Source of the DNA: Candidatus Electronema halotolerans
Lineage (GTDB): Bacteria > Desulfobacterota > Desulfobulbia > Desulfobulbales > Desulfobulbaceae
DNA: 32,000 nt
Assembly: GCA_942493095.1 (NCBI GenBank)
Contig: OW818675.1
Coordinates: 2,550,001-2,582,000, forward strand
Direction: 5' to 3'
The notes below the pieces were generated by a model. The model made no database searches. It was given only the letters and a program-made list of their open reading frames with translations, and was not told where the DNA came from. A program made the position numbers and the translations under genes. How positions within the stretch are numbered: the first letter of the stretch is position 1; each line of letters opens with the position of its first letter. Below are positions 1 to 9,200 of this stretch, piece after piece.

Positions 1-1
1 G

Positions 2-2314
2 GTTGCCATATCTCAGGAATTGCTGGAGGGGATTTCCTTCATCCAAACTGATGAGCATTTTTTAGCTTCCATTGATCTGATCAACAACTATCAGGATAAA
101 GACAACTACAACGCTGTCCTGCTCGATGAAGAGAAAAAAATTATCAACAGGCAGCTGCTCACCCGGGTTAAACTCTCTTTAAATCACCGCATAGTGCTGT
201 ATGACAGAGATGAGGAGCTGGTCGCCTTTGTTGAACAGGAGCAAGATGGATATCGTCTTTATTTTGTTTCATACTCAGGTGGGCGGAAAACCTTGTGCAG
301 CCGCCGTGAAGATCAGAAATTGTATGTCTGTGATCCTTTTCCTGCAACTCTGCCTGTTGATCTTCATCATCACTCCTATTACTCACATGCTTCGGCCAGG
401 CAGGGCACGCTCACCTATCATATAGACAACGGGCATATCAGAATAAGTTCCCACTTGAGCATCTTTGATGATGCGGATGAGAATATATTGGCGCATATTG
501 AGATGTCACATATTTTTCATGACGAATATTTCACAAACTTGTCTAAGGATATGGGACTTGTGATCAAAGGAAGCACGGACCGGAAAGACCATGTCAATGT
601 GAATTTTCTATCGGCGACAACCAGTTTGGAGAATTTTTCCATTGCTGACGGGGAGGCATCCTGTTTCAGCACTGCAAAAATTGACACCTTGGACGGCGCT
701 TTTTTCTACCATGTCGCGCTCAATAAAGAAAAGCTGCTCGTCTCATTAAAGAAGAACAGAGAACAGCTTTATATTATTGTCAGCATTGTTACTGCTCTGG
801 TTCTGGTGCTGCTTCACTTTGTCTTTGCTAAAACCCTTGTCAAGCCGCTGGAACTGCTCATGGAGCAAATCCGCAAAATCGAAGCTCAGGATTACACACC
901 ATCGACCTTGGCGCAAACTGGTGATGAACTGGAAACTATATCAAAAAACATCAACCAGTTGGCCAGCACCATCCAAGACCGCGAAGATGCCCTGCTGGCC
1001 TCGCAGAAAAACTTGGAGTATCTTTCGCATCATGATCCATTGACCGGTCTGCCCAACCGCCGTCTGTTCATGTCGCATTTGCAGCAGGCCCAAGGGCAGG
1101 AAGCCAGACTTGCGGTGCTCTTTCTGGACCTTGATGAATTCAAACAGATCAACGACACCTTGGGTCATGATGTCGGCGACCAGCTTCTTGTGGAAGTATC
1201 TTTGCGGCTGGCTGCGGTGATGCGTTCTTCAGGCATCTTGGCCCGCATCGGCGGGGATGAGTTCAATATTCTGCTGGAGCATGTTGCATCTGCTCATGAG
1301 GTCGAGGCGGCAGCTGAAGCGCTGCTGGCGGTGTTCAGGAAACCTTTTGCCTGCGCCGGACATGAGCTGAACACCAGTGTCAGCATTGGGGCGGCGTTCC
1401 ATCCTGATGACGGTGAAGATGCAGTCACCTTGATCAGACATGCCGACATGGCCATGTATCAGGCCAAGGCTACAGGCGGCAATGGCTGCTGCTTTTTCTC
1501 TGCTGACTTGGCAGCCCGGGTGCAGCAGCGCATCGACCGGATCAACGCCCTGAAAAGGGCACTGCTCCATCTTGATGAATTTCACCTGCTGCATCAGCCG
1601 AAAGTGTCCCTGCTGACCGGCAGGGTGGAAGGAATGGAGGCATTGATACGCTGGCAGAGTGCCAGCTTGGGCTTTATGCGGCCTGATCAGTTCATTCCGC
1701 TGGCGGAAGAGACCGGTTTGATCATTCCCTTGGGTGCATGGGTGGCGGAACAGGCCTTCAGAGATTTTCTGACCTTGCAAAAAGCAGGCTGTCCAATTCG
1801 CAAGGTCAGCATCAACCTTTCAGCTGTTCAACTCCTGAACAGCGATATCGTTGCCATGATTACAAAAGCTGTCAGCAGAACCGGCATCCTGCCGGAGCAG
1901 ATTGAACTGGAGATAACCGAAAGCTGCATTGCCATCAATGAGAAGAAAATTATTCAGACACTCAGGCAGCTCCGCAGCATGAAGATTGAGCTGGCCATAG
2001 ATGACTTCGGCACGGGCTATTCCTCAATGAGTTATCTCCAGAAGCTCCCAGTCACAAGGTTGAAAATTGATAAATCATTTGTCGATCATATTCAGACTTC
2101 CAAAGAGAACCAAGCCATTATTCAGGCAATCATCACCTTGGCCAAAACCTTGAGACTGGCTGTCACCGCAGAAGGGGTTGAAAATGAAGAACAGCTGGAG
2201 TTTTTGAAGCAGGCAGGATGTGATGAAGTGCAGGGGTATTTTTATGCTAAACCGCTTTCCTTGGAAGCATTTAAGAACTTTTCCCGAAACATGGCCGAAT
2301 CGTCTGTGCAGTGA
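2..2314 (+). CDS. Membrane-bound c-di-GMP turnover protein with sensor, TM, HAMP, GGDEF and EAL domains. Probably 5'-truncated by the window edge.
   Basis: The reading frame is open back to base 2; the track start at 20 is a TTG. One TM segment (LYIIVSIVTALVLVLLHFVFA) is followed by a HAMP-like helix. The GGDEF motif is intact (RIGGDEFNILL). EAL signatures are present (EALIRW, DDFGTGYSS, AEGVENEEQ). Confidence 0.9.
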   Translation, partial: VAISQELLEGISFIQTDEHFLASIDLINNYQDKDNYNAVLLDEEKKIINRQLLTRVKLSLNHRIVLYDRDEELVAFVEQEQDGYRLYFVSYSGGRKTLCSRREDQKLYVCDPFPATLPVDLHHHSYYSHASARQGTLTYHIDNGHIRISSHLSIFDDADENILAHIEMSHIFHDEYFTNLSKDMGLVIKGSTDRKDHVNVNFLSATTSLENFSIADGEASCFSTAKIDTLDGAFFYHVALNKEKLLVSLKKNREQLYIIVSIVTALVLVLLHFVFAKTLVKPLELLMEQIRKIEAQDYTPSTLAQTGDELETISKNINQLASTIQDREDALLASQKNLEYLSHHDPLTGLPNRRLFMSHLQQAQGQEARLAVLFLDLDEFKQINDTLGHDVGDQLLVEVSLRLAAVMRSSGILARIGGDEFNILLEHVASAHEVEAAAEALLAVFRKPFACAGHELNTSVSIGAAFHPDDGEDAVTLIRHADMAMYQAKATGGNGCCFFSADLAARVQQRIDRINALKRALLHLDEFHLLHQPKVSLLTGRVEGMEALIRWQSASLGFMRPDQFIPLAEETGLIIPLGAWVAEQAFRDFLTLQKAGCPIRKVSINLSAVQLLNSDIVAMITKAVSRTGILPEQIELEITESCIAINEKKIIQTLRQLRSMKIELAIDDFGTGYSSMSYLQKLPVTRLKIDKSFVDHIQTSKENQAIIQAIITLAKTLRLAVTAEGVENEEQLEFLKQAGCDEVQGYFYAKPLSLEAFKNFSRNMAESSVQ

Positions 2315-2317
2315 AAT

Positions 2318-2345
2318 GACCGCTGCCAGACAAAGGACAGCGGTC
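2318..2345. terminator. Hairpin shared by two convergent genes; possible bidirectional terminator.
   Basis: GACCGCTG (2318-2325) pairs with CAGCGGTC (2338-2345) around a 12-nt loop. It lies 3 nt after the GGDEF-EAL stop and 12 nt after the stop of the minus-strand small ORF. There is no strong U-tract on either side. Confidence 0.4.
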
Positions 2346-2357
2346 TGCTCCGATCTT

Positions 2358-2483
2358 TTACAAGGCTTGGCTGCCTGTGGCCGACACTGCTGCCTTGATG
2401 TATGGGTCGTCGCAAGACGGAGCGGCGCAGAAAAAAAATACCGCTGCGGCCAAAAAAAGTGCATAAACAATACGTTTTTTCAT
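2358..2483 (-). CDS. Small (41 aa) signal-peptide or lipoprotein-like protein. It is not in the ORF track because it is under 60 aa.
   Basis: My translation is MKKRIVYALFLAAAVFFFCAAPSCDDPYIKAAVSATGSQAL. GGAGG (2490-2494, minus strand) sits 6 nt upstream of the ATG at 2483. A near-consensus promoter lies upstream on the same strand: TTGACA at 2573-2568, an 18-nt spacer, then TATTAT at 2549-2544. The hairpin at 2318-2345 follows the TAA stop. The N-terminus has a basic, hydrophobic signal-peptide shape with Cys residues. Confidence 0.55.
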   Translation of the reverse strand: MKKRIVYALFLAAAVFFFCAAPSCDDPYIKAAVSATGSQAL

Positions 2484-2696
2484 TGCGAGCCTCCTTCTAT
2501 CTGAACAGAACGAAAAAATAACAAAAAACAACGATTATAGCATATAATACCATTTATTTTTCAACTATGTCAAGAAACAAATCCTCTGCCAGCAGGTGTG
2601 CAATCTTTTGATCATTTTGATTTTGCTCAACAAACGATTCATGCCCATGCAGAACAGCTTCCTGCTCCTTCCTGACTCCCTCCTTGGCTTAGAACA

Positions 2697-5600
2697 ATGA
2701 AAAAGCTTCTTGCCGCCTTTGCCGCCAACACGGTATTTGCCAATATTGTCCTGCTGCTGATTCTGGTCGGCGGCGGCCTGTCCCTCAGCTCCATGCTCCG
2801 GGAAACCTTTCCAGAGTTCTCGGTTGACAAGATTTCCATCCGCGTCGCCTATCCCGGCGCAGACCCGGAAGAGGTGGAGGAAGGCATTGTTCTCAAAATT
2901 GAGGAGGCCTTGGAGGGTCTTGAGGGGGTTAAGGAATACACAACCACTGCTGCCGAGAACATGGGCAGCGCAATGGTGGATGTGCTGGAGGGCAGCGATG
3001 TCAGCGAGGTGCTGGACGATGTCAAATCCAAGATTGATGCCATTTCCACCTTTCCGGTTGATGCGGAAAAGCCGGTGGTCACAGAAGTGACCATGCGCCG
3101 CTCGGTGAGCATGCTCTCTCTGTCCGGCCCGATGGCGGAAAAGCAGCTCAAGGTTTTGGCCGAGCAGCTCAAGGAGGAAATCCGAGCCTTGGACGGCATC
3201 TCGCAGGTGGAGCTGTTCGGCACACGGGACTATGAAATTTCCATTGAAGTCTCGGAGGAGCAGCTCCGCCGCTACGGCATCAGCTTGGCGCAGGTTGCCG
3301 AGGCAGTGCGCAGCTCAAGCCTCAACCTGCACGGCGGCACCATCCGCACCCAAGGCGAGGAAATCCGGGTGCGGACTGTGGGCCGCAAATATACGGGCAA
3401 GGAGCTGGCCGAGATTGTCGTCTTGGCAAATCAGGCGGGCGAGCTTATCAAGCTGGGCGGCATTGCCACTATCCGGGACGGATTCACAGAGGATATGATC
3501 AGCTCCGAAGTTGACGGCGAAGCAGCAGCCTTTATCATGGTCTTTAAGACCACTGAGGAGGACTCAATAAAGATTGCCGACACCGTTAAAAAATACATGG
3601 AAGAGAAGCAGTCCCAGCTGCCGCCGGGTGTGCATTTGCAGGAATTTTACGATGGCACCAAAGAGCTGCGCTCGCGCATCAGCCTGCTGACGAAAAATGG
3701 TTTTATGGGACTGGTCTTGGTATTTTTTCTGCTCTGGCTCTTCCTTGACCTGCGGCTCTCCTTCTGGGCCGGCATGGGCATTCCCATTTCCCTGTCCGGG
3801 GCCATGTTCATTCTCTGGTGGATGGGCGAGACTCTGAACATGATTTCGCTTTTCGGCTTCATCATGGTGCTGGGCATTGTCGTGGATGATGCGATTGTGG
3901 TGGGAGAGTCCATTTATTTTCACCGCACCTCAGGCAAGCCGCCTCTGAAAGCGGCAGTGGATGGGGTTGCCGAAGTGGCCATGCCGGTTGTCGCGGCTGT
4001 CACCACCACGATTGTCGCCTTTGTGCCGCTCTCGTTCATTGGCGGCATCATGGGCAAGTTCATTGCGATCATGCCGGTGGTGGTCAACTCCAGTCTTTTG
4101 GTCTCGCTCTGGGAATCCCTTTTCCTGCTGCCCGCCCATCTCAGCCATCTGCCTGATCTGAGTCAGCGCAAACCAAGCCGCTCGCCCTTGAGCTGGCTCC
4201 AGCGCGGCACCCAAGCCAGTTTGGAATGGTTCATCAGCAAACTTTATATGCCTTTTTTAGCTGCGGCCCTGAACTGGCGCTACATTTTCCTTGCCTGTTC
4301 CATCAGCGCCCTGATTTTGGCCGTGGGGCTGATCCAAGCCGGAGTAGTCAAGTTTCAAGTTTTTCCCAAGTTAGACAGCTTTCTCATCACCTCGACTGTG
4401 GAATTCCCCGACGGCACTCCGGCCGCCGTGACCCAGCAGGCGGTTGACCGCTTGGAGCAGGCCTTTCTCAAAGTGGCGGAACGAAACAAGAATGCGGATG
4501 GCAGGTCAATTATTGAGAAACGGCTCAAATTGGTGGGCCAGAGTCTGGGCGGCGAGCAGGGCGGCAACGGGCCGCATCTCGGCTCGGTGCAGTTCATTCT
4601 TCTGCCTGCTGAGGAACGCAGCATCCACTCCAATGACCTGCTGGTTGCTTGGGAGCAGGAAGTTGGCTCGATTGCCGGAGCCAGATCGCTGACCTTCAGC
4701 GGCGAGCGGCACGGCCCGGGCGGCTCGGAAATAGAAGTCTGGCTTCAGGGCAGCAAAATGGATGATCTGCTGGCTGCCGCCGGGCAGCTCAAGGAAAAGC
4801 TCCGCACCTTCAGCGGCGTGCTGCAAATTCGTTCTGATTTCTCGCCCGGCAAGAATGAGTTCCGACTCTCCCTAAAGCCAGAGGCCAGAGCCTTGGGCCT
4901 GACAGTCGAGGATTTGGCCCGGCAGGTCAATGCCGGTTTTTATGGCCGGGAAGCCCTGCGGATTCAACGAGGCCAGGATGACATCCGGGTCAAGGTGCGC
5001 TACACGCAGACGGAGCGGAGCAGCGTGACCGATTTTCAGGAGATGCGCATCCGCACGGCTGCCGGGCAGGAAATTCCTCTGCTTTCAGTTGCGGATATTG
5101 ACTTCGGCCCCGGCTTCTCGACCATCACCCGCACCAACGGCCTGCGCCGGGTGGCGGTGACAGCGGAAGTGGATGCCAAGCGGGCCAATGCCCAAGAGGT
5201 CTTTGCCGCCCTGTCTGCTGAGAACGGCTTTTTTCAGCAGCTTGAGGCCCAGCATCCGGGCCTGCACATCTCCATGCAGGGCGAAAAAAAGAACATGCGG
5301 GAATCGTTCTCCTCAATTGAAATCAGCTTCCCCCTGACCGTGCTGGGCATCTTTGTGATTATCGCCACCATCTTCCGCTCATACATCCAGCCGCTTGTCA
5401 TCTTGGTCAGCATTCCCTTCGGCATCATCGGGGCAATCCTCAGCCATCTGCTCATGGGCTATGATTTGTCGATGATGTCCATGTTCGGCATTGTCGCCTT
5501 GACCGGCGTGGTGGTCAATGACGCGATAGTCCTGATTGAGCGGATCAACGAGAATCTGGCTGAAGGCATGTCCTTTCACAATGCCATCATCAAGGGAGGA

Positions 5601-5891
5601 GCGCGCCGCTTCCGGGCCATCCTCCTGACCTCAGTGTCAACCGTGGGCGGCCTGGCCCCGCTGATCATGGAAAAGGACATGCAGGCTCAGTTTCTTATTC
5701 CTATGGCCCTCTCGCTCGCAGGCGGAGTTATCGGCTCCACTATCCTGACCTTGGTCCTGATTCCCAGCCTGTTGGTGATTGTCAACGATGGCCGCAGGCT
5801 GACCGGTTGGCTGCGCACCGGCATCTGGCTGGAGCGCGAGGCCTTGGAGCCTGCCGCCGCCCGGCAGGTGGAGAGCAGAATGTTTGACTGA
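2697..5891 (+). CDS. RND efflux transporter permease of the AcrB/AcrD/AcrF family (1064 aa).
   Basis: Length and architecture are typical of RND permeases. There is an N-terminal TM helix, two large periplasmic loops and two blocks of about 6 TM helices. The RND-like motif GFIMVLGIVVDDAIVV is present and is repeated in the second half (GIVALTGVVVNDAIVLIE). Confidence 0.9.
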   Translation: MKKLLAAFAANTVFANIVLLLILVGGGLSLSSMLRETFPEFSVDKISIRVAYPGADPEEVEEGIVLKIEEALEGLEGVKEYTTTAAENMGSAMVDVLEGSDVSEVLDDVKSKIDAISTFPVDAEKPVVTEVTMRRSVSMLSLSGPMAEKQLKVLAEQLKEEIRALDGISQVELFGTRDYEISIEVSEEQLRRYGISLAQVAEAVRSSSLNLHGGTIRTQGEEIRVRTVGRKYTGKELAEIVVLANQAGELIKLGGIATIRDGFTEDMISSEVDGEAAAFIMVFKTTEEDSIKIADTVKKYMEEKQSQLPPGVHLQEFYDGTKELRSRISLLTKNGFMGLVLVFFLLWLFLDLRLSFWAGMGIPISLSGAMFILWWMGETLNMISLFGFIMVLGIVVDDAIVVGESIYFHRTSGKPPLKAAVDGVAEVAMPVVAAVTTTIVAFVPLSFIGGIMGKFIAIMPVVVNSSLLVSLWESLFLLPAHLSHLPDLSQRKPSRSPLSWLQRGTQASLEWFISKLYMPFLAAALNWRYIFLACSISALILAVGLIQAGVVKFQVFPKLDSFLITSTVEFPDGTPAAVTQQAVDRLEQAFLKVAERNKNADGRSIIEKRLKLVGQSLGGEQGGNGPHLGSVQFILLPAEERSIHSNDLLVAWEQEVGSIAGARSLTFSGERHGPGGSEIEVWLQGSKMDDLLAAAGQLKEKLRTFSGVLQIRSDFSPGKNEFRLSLKPEARALGLTVEDLARQVNAGFYGREALRIQRGQDDIRVKVRYTQTERSSVTDFQEMRIRTAAGQEIPLLSVADIDFGPGFSTITRTNGLRRVAVTAEVDAKRANAQEVFAALSAENGFFQQLEAQHPGLHISMQGEKKNMRESFSSIEISFPLTVLGIFVIIATIFRSYIQPLVILVSIPFGIIGAILSHLLMGYDLSMMSMFGIVALTGVVVNDAIVLIERINENLAEGMSFHNAIIKGGARRFRAILLTSVSTVGGLAPLIMEKDMQAQFLIPMALSLAGGVIGSTILTLVLIPSLLVIVNDGRRLTGWLRTGIWLEREALEPAAARQVESRMFD

Positions 5892-5946
5892 GATGCTTGG
5901 CTGAATCTGCGATGCTTCATCGCAAGATGGGCGGACTGTGGTGGGC

Positions 5947-6140
5947 GTGGATTGGTGAATTCAAGTTCCAAGTGTAACTTTTTTTGGTTGCAAGAAAAGG
6001 CAGTTACGGGAGTGTCACAACTTTGCTTTTGTCGTTAACTAAGAGAAAATAATTGAAAATTTACATGAAGTATTCAAAGTGCCAGCCAACCTATGCTTTT
6101 TGGATAACCAAAAAAAGTTGCACTTGCGAGTTGAATCCAC
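5947..6140. repeat. Imperfect inverted-repeat pair of about 35-43 bp flanking an AT-rich core of about 116 bp. Candidate MITE, IS end remnant or large structured element.
   Basis: The left arm is GTGGATTGGTGAATTCAAGTTCCAAGTGTAACTTTTTTTGGTT (5947-5989). The reverse complement of the right arm (6106-6140) is GTGGATTCAACTCGCAAGTGCAACTTTTTTTGGTT. The arms share the outer GTGGATT and the inner CAAGTG(T/C)AACTTTTTTTGGTT. Confidence 0.45.
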
Positions 6141-6271
6141 AACTCACTTTACGGAGTAGTTGTCTCAGTAATGCTAACCAATTGGTATCACATAATTTTT
6201 GATACAGCAACACTCAACAGGGGCATCACCCGATTTTGTCAACCACGGAAAAACTCGGAGAGCCGAAAACC

Positions 6272-9200
6272 ATGTCGATCCATCTGCAAATCAAGCATGT
6301 TGACTCTCAGGACGGCCAGCCGCAATTCGTTGTTGTGCGCGGCAGCGACCTGAAATCTTCGGATTCGGTGACGCTGACCGGGCCGGATCAGACCATTGTT
6401 CCCGGTCGTCCGCACAGCAATTTGCAGCAGGACTTGCGCTGGTATCTGGAGCAATTTCTTGAACTGCCCACAGGCGCGTATCCTGAGCTGGCCGAGCGGG
6501 TGCAGGATACGTTGCAACAATGGGGCCAGGACTGTTTCGAGTCTCTGTTCCAGAAGCAGGCCTATCTCTGGTTTGAGGAGGCCCGCAAAGCGGGTTTGGA
6601 AAACCTGCATCTGAAGATTTCTTCCGATGATCCGCGTGTGCTGGCTTGGCCTTGGGAGGCCCTGCATGACCCGGAAACCGGCACCTTGGCTCATCATTGC
6701 CGGATTGAGCGGCAGATCAGCAAGAATGTGCCAGACCCGCTGCCCTTGCCGGAACATCTGCCCAAAGATCGCATCAACATTCTGCTGGTGATTGCCCGGC
6801 CCCACGGCGACCAAGACGTGGGTTTTCATGCCCTGTCCCGTCCGCTGGTGGAGCTGGCCCGTGCCCAGCAGATGCCGGTGCATATTGACGTGCTCCGCCC
6901 GCCCACCTTTGACCGGCTCCGGCAGCAGCTTCACGACAAGCCCGGTTTTTATCACATTGTCCATTTTGACGGCCACGGCGGTTACGGTGCAACAGAGGAG
7001 CGCATTTCCTCGGACGTTTTCAAAAGTTCGGTTCAAGGCAGGCTGCTTTTTGAAAATGACGAGGCTGAAGCGGCTCCGGTGGAAGCGGCGAAACTCAGCG
7101 AGCTGCTGGCTGAATACCGCATTCCGATCATGGTGCTCAATGCCTGCCAGTCGGCCCGGATTGACGATCAGGCCGAAGATGCCTTTGCCTCAGTAGCGGC
7201 GGCCCTGCTCAAGGCCGGTATCCGCAGCGTGGTAGCAATGGGCCACAGCCTCTATGTCAGCGGGGCGCAGCAGTTCGTGCCCGCCTTTTATCGCCGCCTG
7301 CTGGAGAGCGCCAATCCAGCCGAGGCAGTCCGGGCCGGGCGGCAGGAGATGCTGGCTCATGATCAGCGGCCCTGTCTGTTGGGCGAATATCCCTTGCAGG
7401 ACTGGCTGGTGCCGGTGCTCTATCAGCAGATGCAGACGGATGAAACTGTGCTGGCCCGACCGGTTGCAGCGACTCCGGCGGGCAAATTCACTCTGGCGGA
7501 AGAGGCCGCACCAGACCCTCTCCCGGAGCAAGCCCGGCAGTTGGGCGATGACGGTTTTATCGGGCGGCAGCAGGCTGTGCAGCAGTTGGAACGCGCCCGG
7601 CTGCAACAAGAGCAGGCAGCTTTCCTGATCCACGGCATGGCCGGTGCAGGCAAGACCACGCTGGCAAAAGGTTTTCTCCACTGGCTGCGGGATACGGGCG
7701 GCTTGGAGCAGCAGGTTTTCTGGTTCAGTTTTGACGAAATTCGCTCTGCCGAGTTTGTCATCAACGAGTTGGTGGACAGCATTTTCGGCACAGATGCTCG
7801 TGCGGCTGCGCTGGAACAGAAGCTGGCCGGGTTGATCAAGGTTTTTCGCGAGCATCCGTTTCTGCTGATCTGGGACAACTTCGAGTCCGCTTCCGGGCTT
7901 GCAGGCACGGAAGTCCGGCCCATGCTTTCCGAGGAAGATCGGGGCCTGCTCAAGGAGCTGCTGGCCAAGCTGCGGGGCGGCAAGACCAAGGTGCTGATCA
8001 CCAGCCGCTCAACGGAGAAATGGCTAAGTACCGGGGAATGCTTCCGCCTGCCGCTGTCCGGCCTGCACGGGGAAGAGCTGTGGCAGTTCTGCAATCAGGT
8101 GCTGCGTAATCTGGGCCTGAAGGTCAAGCGGGATGACGAGGATTTCCGCGCTTTGATTGAGGAATTAGACGGCAATCCCTTGGCCCTGCGCACGGTGCTG
8201 CTGCAATTGCAGGAGAAGAAGCCTGCGCACTTGCTGGCTGCGCTGCGCAAGAAATTTGCTCTGCTGGAGGGGGACGAATCGAGCAAGCGGATTTTGGCGG
8301 CCTTGGCTGTGCTGGATCAAGGTTTGCCGGAGGAATATGGCCCGGTGTTGCAGTTGATCGGGTTGCATCGGCGGTTTGTGGATATGGATTATCTTGCCAA
8401 GTACATGCTGCACACCGAGGAAATCACCGAGCCGATTCAGAACTGCTTTGCCCTGCTGGAAACTGCGGGCCTGCTCTCTGCGCTGGGCAGCAACATTTTC
8501 CAGATGCACCCGGCCTTGCAGAGCTATCTTGCCCAGCAGCATCCGGCTGAAGAAGCCTTGCAGCGGGCCTTTGTTGATTTCATGGGCCGCTTTGCCGACC
8601 AGCTTGCCCCAAAAGAACTGCATGAACAGCGCGTTCCTTTTGCCCTGCATCAGGGTAATTTTCATCATGCTTTGGACTTGGCGCAGCAGCTTGACGATAT
8701 GGACTGGGCTGTTGCAGCCCTGACCCAGAGTTTGGCTGCTTATTTCCAAAACAGCCGCGACTATGCCGGAGCAGCACAGCTCTTTGCCGATCTTGCCGAG
8801 CATCGGCACCAAAAGAACGATCATGAGGGCGAGGCAGGAGCTTATCACCAATTGGGGAAAATCGCCCAAGAACAGCGGGATTTTGCCGCTGCGGAACAAT
8901 GGTATAAGAAATCGCTGGCGATTAAGGAAAAACAAGGCAACGAGCACGGCGCGGCGACCACCTATCATAATTTAGGAGCAATCGCCCAGGAGCAGCGGGA
9001 TTTTGCCGCTGCTGAACAATGGTATAAGAAATCGCTGGCGATTAAGGAAAAACAAGGCAACGAGCACGGCGCGGCGACCACCTATCACCAATTGGGGATA
9101 ATCGCCGAGGAGCAGCGGGATTTTGCCGCTGCTGAACAATGGTATAAGAAATCGCTGGCGATTAAGGAAAAACAAGGCAACGAGCACGGCGCGGCGACCA

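Noticed and set aside
2075-2504. Track ORFs of 131 aa (minus strand) and 94 aa (plus strand) spanning the EAL gene end and the intergenic region.
   Set aside because: They overlap the well-supported EAL domain, lack an RBS and have odd composition. The signals in this gap support the 41-aa ORF in a different frame (2358..2483).
6236-6271. The TTG start at 6236 given by the ORF track for the CHAT gene.
   Set aside because: The ATG at 6272 has a GGAGAG Shine-Dalgarno 9 nt upstream. The extra 12 residues have no supporting signal, although the TTG start cannot be fully excluded.
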